Below, in pieces: positions 1 through 10,079 of a stretch of DNA of 64,000 nt; positions within the stretch are counted from its first letter, which is position 1; the number at the start of each line of letters is the position of its first letter. This DNA comes from Chlorokybus atmophyticus (lineage: Eukaryota; Plantae; Mesostigma and Chlorokybus algae). Below the pieces are notes generated by a model. It was not told the origin of the DNA. It worked only from the letters and a program-made list of their open reading frames with translations, and ran no database searches. The position numbers and the translations under genes were made by a program. The stretch covers positions 124,001 through 188,000 of the forward strand of contig RHPI01003389.1 of assembly GCA_009103225.1 (NCBI GenBank). The letters run 5' to 3'.

Positions 1-99
1 TGCTCACTCTCACAGTACTGATGTGATTAATCACAGCAAGATGATCAGCAGGACCCTTGCCTTTGCATCTCCTCAACAATCATGCCACAAGCCGCTTGT

Positions 100-136
100 G
101 GAGGGGCTCACGGCCAAGTTGGCCGTGAGCCCCTCC
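100..136. repeat. Perfect inverted repeat, 18-bp arms, 1-nt spacer
   Basis: GGAGGGGCTCACGGCCAA-G-TTGGCCGTGAGCCCCTCC read directly from the sequence. Confidence 0.9.
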
Positions 137-238
137 CCGCCAAAAGCTATGCAGAGTTGCTTCGATGTACACACCACAATCATGCAAGTGTGGTTGAAAT
201 GCCTTATGAGCAGTAGCGTAGCTGAGTGGTTGTTGCAA

Positions 239-1545
239 CTACGAGCGCCGGTTCAGGTGCAAGCCATGGAAGATGTAACATGTGCCAAATGGCATGCCGC
301 AAGCAGTAGCCCCGACCAAGACCTCCTCCAACTTGCGGGTAAACTGCACTCCTGCTGTGCCTCGTACAGGCATGCATGGTGCTGCTTGATCCTTCCAATT
401 CTTCAAAGTGCTAAGTTGCACGAGCACTTCGTCAAAGTTGCTCACGACGTTGTCCACACGCACTTTGCAGCCTTTTCCTCCACGTTGCCACGTGCTCCAT
501 AGGTACACATATAATAAACGGTCTCGCATCAGCAACAGTTGACGCATGCCAGTAGCCTTACCTATCCGCTATGTCATATGTTGCAAAAGCTGATGTATGT
601 GGCTCTCATTCAGGGGTTGAGCCTCCCGAAGGTGCCACCCATCACCAGCCAGCACGCGTTGATATACCTTCAGGTACTCTTGTAATTCTGGTGCTGCAAG
701 GATTGCCAACAAGTTGTACAGGATCCCAGCATTGGTTGACCTCGGCCCAGTGAGGCGTGGCCATTGACCAGATGGTTGACAACACGCGTGCGTGCATAAT
801 GAGCCAGCTGCTACACAAAAGTCCAGAGTTGTTGTTACACTGCTCGTGCTCCATGCATAGGCAACCAATGCCCATGCAGGTATGCGCGTACAAAATGTGG
901 CCCCACAGCCAGTACACTCTCCCCGTGTCCTTGCACAAATGCATCAGACTCCCTCCATGCTACATTGTTGGCACGTTGGTGCTCAGCTCCAATAGCATGC
1001 ACGCTTATCGTCTGTGATGCGGCTATATATATATATATATATATGTGTATATATATATATATATATGCTAACAGCTGTTGCTGGCTATGCTGGGTCCCCA
1101 CTCGGGGCCTCTCCTCGTCAACCAGTGCTGCCACTCGCAGCGTACGGCTATAAGCCTCAACGGCTTGAGCTGTTGTAAGCCTGCGAGTGGTGAAATTTTG
1201 GCAATAAGTGTATTGTGAAATTTGGTTATGCTAGTACGCACAGCCTAGATGAGGACTCTTATCCACGGCTGAGCCTCACTGCCAAAGTTTAATCTAGTCA
1301 GGTAAGCAAACGTCTCAAGCTAAATAAGCTGGTTAGCATTAACTATCATATCATCTGGTTGTAAGTTCAGATGTTCACGCATTAATACTCGCTAGCTTGT
1401 AGGCTAGCGAGTGTCTGTCTATAAGCACGTCTTTGCTGCATCTGAGGACGCACAAGAAACAGTTTGCTTGTGCGCACCTGTTGTGCGCAGTCGCATCATC
1501 TTGCCCCTCGGGCATGACGCCACCGTAGCCAGCGATGTCGGCTTG
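239..1545 (-). CDS. Unidentified multi-exon protein-coding gene (boundaries approximate, probably continues past the left edge)
   Basis: Protein-like segments with GT/AG flanks: RLLSTAHQADIAGYGGVMPEGQDD, LVDEERPR|TISVHAIGAEHQRANNVAWRESDAFVQGHG, NAGILYNLLAILAAPELQEYLKVYQ, VDNVVSNFDEVLVQLSTLKNWKD. No family recognised. Confidence 0.4.
1024..1066. repeat. (TA)n microsatellite with a central TG interruption
   Basis: Direct reading; lies in a probable 90-nt intron (1012-1101) of the minus-strand gene. Confidence 0.95.
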
Positions 1546-2008
1546 ATGGGCGGTGCTTAGAAGCCGGGCAGCTGGCAACCTTGCCAAGCGTGGCAAGTGA
1601 ACAACTAATGTGGTTGAAGCCGCAGCAGCTGTTCTTGTTCTCGTTGGCGCTGTGGGCGCCATCACCGTCGTGCTTGCTCAACCGCGCACCCAACCCAACC
1701 ACCCGCGCTGCCGCCACCGCTGTTGCCACCTCCTTCAGCACAACTGTTGTGGTGTAGCTGACGGCTACAGTATGGGCAGCACCGTCCACGTGGCAGCTAT
1801 GGCTCACGTGATCTTGTGCGCACTCAGTCGTCGGATGTGCATTTCGCACCGTTTCCTAAGGCTATGCTAGTACGCACAGCCTTAATGAAGACTCTCATCC
1901 ATGGTTGAGCCTCATTGCCGAAAATTGATCTATTCGAGCAAGCAAACATCTCAAGCTGAATAAGCTGGTTGTTAACATTAACTATCATCTGGCTCCAAGT
2001 TTAGATGC
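1224..2008. repeat. Pair of diverged ~150-bp direct repeats (1224-1375 and 1860-2008)
   Basis: Both begin GG(T/C)TATGCTAGTACGCACAGCCT and align through ...TCTCAAGCT(A/G)AATAAGCTGGTT...AGATG; roughly 80% identical by eye. Confidence 0.85.
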
Positions 2009-4262
2009 TTTTAATTGTTGTAGTGCAATATTAATCTTAACCGCATAAAAGCAACACTTACGGCCATAATTAACGTGGTTGGCGTGCTCAAACGGCCCAA
2101 CTTAGCAAATCCAAGCGGTGGAAAGATTTCTACATCAGCCCAAAAGTTGTGTTATAATATCGTAATCACACGTACATTACAACGCACACTCACGTTAACG
2201 AATTACTTTTCATTTCAACCTTTACCGATGCTGAGCACATAAAAGTGAATGCATCCATATTACCGTTAACCAGATCTGTGATATGACATAAAAAATACAT
2301 CCCACGGCAATTGATAACCGGTTTTGCATTGCGATGTACGTGTCGCTACGGTACACCTTATAACGATTGCAATGTGGACCTCGTTTGACAAGGATTGTTG
2401 TCTATTGTGATTGCAGGGTGAACCATTGGAGATGGGTTGAAAATCAAATAAGCAAAACTGCATGTGCGTCTCACATTGTGCAATGCAGTGTTGCGATTGT
2501 TTTCAACGGCGCTGCGCCATTAGCCGCATGCTGCTTGAGGGCGCATTCGGCGCCCTCAAGCAGCATGTCGTCCTCGGGCCGCAGGTGCCGCAGCACCTGC
2601 ATCATCCCCATCTCCCTGTCAAAACCGCTGCTCCGTTGTGATGGCGCTATCAACGGTACACTTGATGGCGCCAGGCCAGGCCAGGCCAGGCCCGCGCCAC
2701 AGCTGCACCAACAGCCAGCGTCACGTTGCAGCGTCCACGTGGTCGACACGTTGTCAACTGCGAGACATTCGGTAGGCACCAACGTGGTTTTGCTACTACA
2801 ACTCATGGCACGCAGCATGACAGCATTGCATAAAGCAACTCTCATGGTTGCAACACTACAACCATGCAAACTGCATAACGTGCAGCAGATCATGACTTCG
2901 GAGATGTTATGCACCCTGGGGGTGGGCCCAAACATAAGTCACTATAAGCCCAACTCTACTGTACTGAGATTCGACATGCGAGCAGCTCACATGTTGAGGT
3001 TGTCTTTGGCACAGTTACATCACGTTAAAAAAATGCGGGGCAGTACGTATGCGTGACAGTAGTGCGCAATGCGTAACTTCTACGCTGTGCTTGTGTGCAG
3101 TCAGACAATTAATTAGACGAACGGGGAGGAGAGGCTGCTGGCGGAGAGACTTAGAGAGGCATGCGAGGATTGAAGCGCTTGGTGCAGTGCATTGCTGCAC
3201 AGCTGAAACTTGCAGCCTCGAGCACTTCGGTTTGCTGCTGCTGATGGCTGAGGCAAGTTAACCTGCTCTCAACTAAGCTGGGCCGAGCAGGCATGCACGC
3301 ACACACCGCACGTTGTGAAATGAAGCCAGGTTGTCAGCTGGTGAAGTGACTTAGTTTACACTTGTTGGTTGGCTGCTTGTCCGCCAGTAGTTTGGTTGTC
3401 ATCATGTTGCCCTTGTTATTAGCTCCATGCCAGCTGTGCATTGATTTGGTGAACCCGCAGCAACGTAGCGTCTGCCAAAGAAGCAAAATCAGACCAACAG
3501 TAGCCCCCTTCGACCTCGTGCCCCGTCGCTTGAAAGGTGAATACACACTTGTTGCATGCTTGTAGCCTACAGCATGGCATGCGCAACGTCATGCCAAAAC
3601 GGTCCTGTTGCTTGTGTACTGATGTTGCTGCGGTCACACGGTATCCTATTCACGCGATTTCAGCATGCAACACGCCTTCCAAGCAATTGCCCTGCCGACA
3701 GGTTTGCTGAATGCAGACAGCCTTGGAGCATGCTTGCACGTCTCTCCTGCTGTGTGTTGAGACTTTGGCTCGTCTTTTGGCCAGCACAGAAATCAATAGA
3801 AAAACTTGCGCACCTTACACGTACCTTGCACAGTTGCAGGCAAGGTGTGAATACCAGTGCTGGGAGAATGCAGGACGGTGAAGAGGTCATCCGGGCAATT
3901 GCTGAAGTGCGGTAGTATTGGTTGGGTAAGCTCGCGTTCACTCGGACTCGACACGCGCGGTGGCTTTGTCAGGATGCCTGGATGTTAGGTGAGTTAATGC
4001 AGATGGATGCCAGCAGGTTTCAACTGAATGGTAAGGGCTTGTCTGCATGACAAGCGGAGTTTGTGAGTGAGTGACGGTGTGAAACTAAGTGCAGCTGCAT
4101 TAAGTCAGGTGAGGTTCACGTGTTTACCACTCTTCAACGCTGAGTGGTGGTCAGCTGAAGTATCTTGCAGCTATGCAGCCTGTGAGTGGTGCCTCTTAGA
4201 CATAATACTTTCAACAATTATTGTATTGTAACTTACCTACTTGGTTTTGAACTGCAGGGAGC

Positions 4263-6731
4263 ATGAGCACATGGGGCTCAGAGGCTTCTGCAGACAGCAT
4301 CTGCGCGGTGATTGATCAGTCAGGAGGCCCAATTCCTCTCAGCGTACTCGGCCACATATTGCACATGAATCAGAGCTCGGTCGCCTTGGCCATGGTTAAG
4401 CGGGCCGGCGGCCTTCGAGCGTTCCTGCTGAACCATCCTAGCAAGTTTACACTGAGTCTTGACAACTCTGGAGGGCTTGTCGTTACATCCACCGTCATCA
4501 ACCCATGCAAGCAGGCGCTGTCAGCATCTAATACTCCCCTCGGTGTCAACCTCTGGTTGACATTTGATGAGAAACACCATCCTGTGTACAAAGACGCAGC
4601 TCTGGTAGCGGCTGATGCCGCTGCTGAAGCGGCTGGTGACAAAAGTGGTGATGTCGTTGATGGCTTGGGTGATGCCAACGCTCAAGCTGAGCAGCATAAA
4701 GAGCACGATGCGCCGTCTGCCTCAGAAGAGCTTCCATCCACATTCAGTTCTGTGGGAACTTCTGCATCCAACTCTGCTGCATACGCCACCACACCAGAGG
4801 AGCAGTTGAGCGTAACTTCAGGCTGGGAGGACAATGACGCCTCAGCAGCGAGTGCCTGGGGAGCTATTGAATCACAACTACCAATGCTTACACCAGTGGA
4901 GGTTGAGCGGGTACATTCCAAGGATGCTGAACTCAATAGTCTGCTCGCTGTGCTGCCCGCAGAGTTGCAGGTGCCAACTGCTCGGGGATGCCAGTTGTCA
5001 TGAGTTGCAGCAGGAAGCTTAGCGTGTATGCAAATTGATCTATGCTGTTGTTTCAGAATGATATTGTGAAGCATACGAAGGCTTTGCAAGACGACCATGG
5101 CCTTGTGGAGGTTGTTGTCGATGCTGGACGCCCGCTTGTACTCAGATTTGCAGGCAAATTGCACCTGCAGTGCTGCAAGCATGACTGTTTCAAACACATA
5201 TGCGATTGTTGTGTCTTTGTGCAGGTGGCAGCAGAGAGGTTCTTGAAGGGACTGTCGTCGACATTGACAAAGCGCTCAATGCGCTAAATAACCAGAGCAT
5301 AGAGTTCCTGAAATCAAACCGCGCTGGCATATCTGGCACACTCCACCGCATCTCGCAGATTGTTGGCCCCAAGAAGGTATGCTTGGGCAAACAACGACAC
5401 GGAGCTTGTGCCTGTGCATGATTGGTTCATGTCTGCGCCCAATCAGGTGGTTGGTCTGACTTACCGGATCGGACGGCACATTGAAGGCACAGCCGATCTT
5501 CATTGATTACATCAGTCGGTTGATGCCGAGCCGTGCTGAGCACGAAGCCGGTGTCAGTCCGCAGTCCATTCTGCTCCTGGGACCTCCAGGTATGGAGCGG
5601 GTGCCTTAGAATCCAACATCACTCATCAAAGTGCATGATGCTGATGCGCATTGCACGCGTGCCAGGTGTAGGCAAGACAACACTCCTCAGGGACATTGCA
5701 CGCGTCACTGCTGAGAAGTGGAGGGTGGTTGTGGTGGACACAACCAACGAGATTGCAGGTCTTGTTATGCCTTCAATGACAATGTCACAACTGGTTATTT
5801 AGTTGATACTGTGCTGACTGTGACCTAACATGTGCGCATGACTAACAGGAGGAGGTGATGTCCCCCATCCTTGTGTGGGTCATGCAAGACGAATGCATGT
5901 GCTGGAACGCACAAAGCAGCATGAGATTCTCCTTGAGGCAGTGCAAAATCACACTCCAGAGGTACGTGTCCAGACAATGGTTGCAACGCTGGAGCAGCTT
6001 GGCGCGAGTGCATTGCCAGATAATGTGCTTATTACTGCTTGACGACTTGTGGAGTGCTGTATCACCCTTGTGCCTTGCTCTCAGGTCGTCATTGTGGATG
6101 AAATTAGCGATGCCAAAGAAGTCAAAGCTACACAAACCATTGCACAGCGCGGGGTAGCGATGGTTGCTACAGCGCATGGACTGTCTCTCACCAGCCTGCT
6201 CAAGAATCCCGGTAGGCCGCATGAGTGTGGCAGCACACGCTGCTTGGTGCTTAAGCAGGTTACATGCTTTGAATGTATGTGTGGCGGCAAACGTAATGCA
6301 GCGCTCACGCGCACGCACACCTGCGTGCGCGCGTGAGCACTGCAGTACAACTGTCTCATTCAGCAGGTTACATGCTCAGGGTTGTGCGCGTGCACGATCC
6401 CTTTCTTGTGCACTGAAGCTGTTGATATGCAGAGCTGCGGCCTCTTGTCGGTGGCGTGCAAGCAGTCACGCTAGGGGATGCCCTGGCAAAGAAGCACGGG
6501 AACAAAAAGACCCAACTCGAGCGCGCGGGCGCTGCCACGTTCTCAGTGCTGGTGGAGGTTCTCTCCGCCACGCAGCTGCGTGTACACGCATCCGTGGAGC
6601 GCAATGTTGATGCTATGCTTGCCGGCAGACCTGTTCCAGTAGAGCGACGGTGGCGCGAAGGGAAGAGCATGTTCGCAAGGTTTGAGCACAAGAAAGGAAG
6701 TCCGGACGAGTCTGGTCAGTACGTATTGTGA
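4263..6731 (+). CDS. ycf45: ycf45-like / SpoIIIAA-family AAA+ ATPase with an N-terminal extension
   Basis: Spliced exons give [32 protein letters not shown], Walker [50 protein letters not shown], Walker [30 protein letters not shown] and [12 protein letters not shown]; stop at 6729-6731. Confidence 0.9.
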
Positions 6732-7435
6732 GTTGAGGGTAGGTGCAGCGAGTTACGCTCCCTGTGGAATTTCGTCACTGTATCAGCTAGCAGAGTAGAG
6801 AGTATACACGCGGATGGCAAATGTTGACAAAGCCTGTTGTGTTAATCGCTTGTTACTATCCTGAATAGCGTCGTGGGTCGCAAATGAGTTGTGGATCTGC
6901 AGAAGGTGATGCACTCGTTGTCAGATTGGTGAACTGTCTGCTTGCGTGTCACAGTGCTGCTTGCTCCACTTCTGGCAAAGGCACAAACTTACTTATGACT
7001 GCATCACTGTTCTCCCTGTCAAACACATGCTTACAATGGGACTGACGGACTCCAAAAACTGCGTGCAATTGTTTTGTGTTGGGTGCTAGGCATGAGTCTC
7101 AGAGCTGGCAAACCCTGGCGGGCCCAGTCAGTCGTCATCAACTGCTTTAAGCGATTAAAGGCCTGACACCTAAACCTTAGCTGCGCAAGTGAGGCCCTTC
7201 TTGCCCTGCTTGTCCGCCTGCCTACTTTCACCGTCCCTCCCTTGCTGTGTCTTGGTTTGGATGTTTGGATTGGACTTGTGAAGCTGTGTCAGTAAGTAGT
7301 TGGTGCTGGTCCGAGCCCCGCTAAAGTTTGCTGTCAATGCCATTGCTTGTATGCAAAGACATTTGTTCTTGCATCACTTCGCTTGATAGTAGGATAGATA
7401 GGAAATAATTAGTATCTACAAGGGTACACATGTTG

Positions 7436-8905
7436 CCACCGCGGGACTAGCTCGCGCCATACCACACCAGACTACACAATCCACGCAGCAGCAGCCTATA
7501 TGTCATACTACACACCAACCCCACCACCCAACCCCACCACCAGCACCTAACTGCCAGCACCACCGAACTGCCAATGACACCAATCTACCAGCAGAACAGC
7601 TCCCACCCGAACGGCCCTGCGCGTGCAGTGCTGACGTAGGCAGCACGCAGCGAGGGTTAGGGCAGAGTGGCAGCCAGGGCCGCGGCATGAGCGGCGAGAT
7701 GCAGAGAGTGGCGGGGAAGAGGGAGAACGAAAGGGAGGGAGTCGTCGTCTTTGTGATTGCCATGCTGCCCGTTGACACCAGCGACTAACAGCAGCCCGTG
7801 TGGGCAGGTGATAATGGAACATACATGCATGACTAACGGGGTAGCCAAGTAGTGGTAGTTGAGTGCGTTAGAAGTACCTAGCCCGGTGGTGAAATAGCAC
7901 TGTGACTGCTGCTGACTGTTTGCTTGCGGCGTGTGCATGACTACATGCATGTCTCATGCGTATGACCCCTTGCATGCGGTCTTATCAGCACTCCATCTTT
8001 TGTACACTCAGACACACGACGTACACACAATACTAGCCCGGTGGTGAACAGAATGTGTTCACCCATGAGTGTGATGCATGTCGCTTGCATGTCACAGCAC
8101 ACGATGCATGCCGGCATAGTAGCACACCCCTTTTGTACACACCACGCCCTGGCCGGTCTACGGGACCTTCACATGCCAGCGGCAAGCAGGGCAAGCTTAC
8201 CCGATATTTGGAATAGCTTCCTTGCTACCCTCTGTTACTTTGCAGAGGGGTGCATGTCGTGTGGTGCATGCGAATGCAATGGTTGGTCTGGGAGTGTGTA
8301 ATTGTCATAGTGGTAGGGGTGCTTGACCGGGAGCACCTTGCATGCGTAGGCAGCCTAGTTAATGGTTGGTGCCCGCCCTGTTTGGTCATGCAGGGCAGTG
8401 CTGAAGATGACAGACAGCGAAGACCACACGACGCTAGGCAAATCCATACGTGCAAGTACATGGGGAGCAGTGAAGTCTGCCCGTGTCAACTACGAGGACT
8501 ACACACGACGCAGACTACCACCGCTGCAAAAGCGACGTGCATGCGTGCTGATGTCATGCATGCATGCTGCGGGGAACCCAACCCTGGTTGCGCAATCGGC
8601 AGCGCTGTACTATGACGGGCGGAGAGGAGGGCGGCGACATGGGAGAGGAGGGCGGGGGGAGTCCTACAGTCTGCTGCTGTCGTCGTCACTGTTGTGGAGG
8701 CTGGCCGCTAACTGCAGCCGTGGTGCAGGTGAATACAATTCTGCATGCTGACTGCATGGCTAACGGGGCAGGCTAGAGTTGGCATAGCATTGAAAGTACT
8801 AGCCCGGTGGTGAATAGAATGTGTTCACCCATGAATGTAATGCATGTCGCTTGCATGTCACAGCACACGATGCATGCCGGCATAGTAGCACACCCCTTTT
8901 GTACA
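7436..8905. mobile_element. Cluster of nested or duplicated copies of a non-autonomous repeat family (core CACCACCGGG)
   Basis: CCCGGTGGTG at ~7882, ~8037 and ~8803; 8031-8140 is nearly identical to 8798-8905; 8500-8810 is homologous to 28550-28930 (inverted) and 40490-40670. Confidence 0.7.
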
Positions 8906-8975
8906 ACTACACAACTACCAGCCCGCAGCTGCCATATCCACCCCCGCCAACACTTCTGGTTCGTTCCGCAGCGCC

Positions 8976-8978
<3 letters not shown>

Positions 8979-9063
<85 letters not shown>
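8979..9063. repeat. (CT)n/(GA)n microsatellite, ~42 units
   Basis: Direct reading. Confidence 0.97.
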
Positions 9064-9066
<3 letters not shown>

Positions 9067-9149
9067 CAAGCATTCGATTGTGAGCCATTACCATGCCCAA
9101 CCACACAGCAACAACCACACACGTACATCACAGATATGCGAGTACCGTC

Positions 9150-9450
9150 GGACACTCCCTTGAGTACGCTCACAGCATGCCGCCCAATGCCACGTCCTCC
9201 TCGGTCGTCAGGGACCCCGCGTGCAGGGGTCCCCAACCGGGCACCGCTGCCCGTGTGTGTCTAGCGCCGTGTACGCTGTCATACCAGCAACGAAAGGCGT
9301 CTTGGGTGGGCTCCGCCACCAGATCTAGCCTCCGCCCCCGCGACTCCCCTGGCCAAATTGGAATGAACCCCGCTCGCGGCTCACCATAAAGCCCGCAGCA
9401 CACATCACTGATGAGGTCTGTTCTGCATGATGCAAAAGACCTCATCATCG
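9150..9450 (-). mobile_element. Decayed 3' fragment of a CRE-like non-LTR retrotransposon (restriction-like endonuclease region)
   Basis: DEVFCIM...GEPRAGFIPIWPGESRGRRLDLV resembles DEVFALL...EQTGFMPIRP at 61.8 kb, and RRLDLV resembles the RPD/RxD endonuclease motif; frameshifted. Confidence 0.55.
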
Positions 9451-10079
9451 CCTGACAACCGCTGCAGCTTGAAGTTAATATTGCGCACAATTGCCAGTTG
9501 CATTGTTGTCATTGACATCAGCGTTAAGCTTGTGCAGTTGCAGAGCGCATGTATTATGCTGCCTTTATCAAGATAGTGCACAGTGTCTGCAGCTTGTTGA
9601 TATGGCTATAGTTAAAACGTCTTGCTTGTATGTTTACAAGACTCTTTTCAATGAGGATAAACTACCATGGGCAGAACCAAATGCGCTGTCACAACATCAT
9701 GCACACCTACTGGTAGGCATTACAACGCACAATCACCTAGACAGAGTGTCATGGTTAAGGAACGCCGCGCTGCCTTGTCGGCAATAATGCTTGTCATGTG
9801 ACAGTGTGGAAACCACCACACTAATCGGCAACCACAGGCTATACTTGTATTACACAAGAATTTGGGCAACACATACCTGTGTGCAAAGCACAACTGTGAC
9901 ACAATTACACAGCACACACATCACAACATACACATAATTGAGAGGACCATCAAAAGGTAAGGGACCCAATGACGTACTAACAACAGCCCTGAGCTAGTGC
10001 AATATCTACAATGTCAGCGTGTGAGGTGTATGTACGTAGAAAAGTAACTGGTGCTTCCAGGAAACATGAGCAGCCACTT

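Noticed and set aside
8773-9264. ORFs with poly-(RE) or poly-(SL) tracts
   Set aside because: Translations of the (CT)n microsatellite
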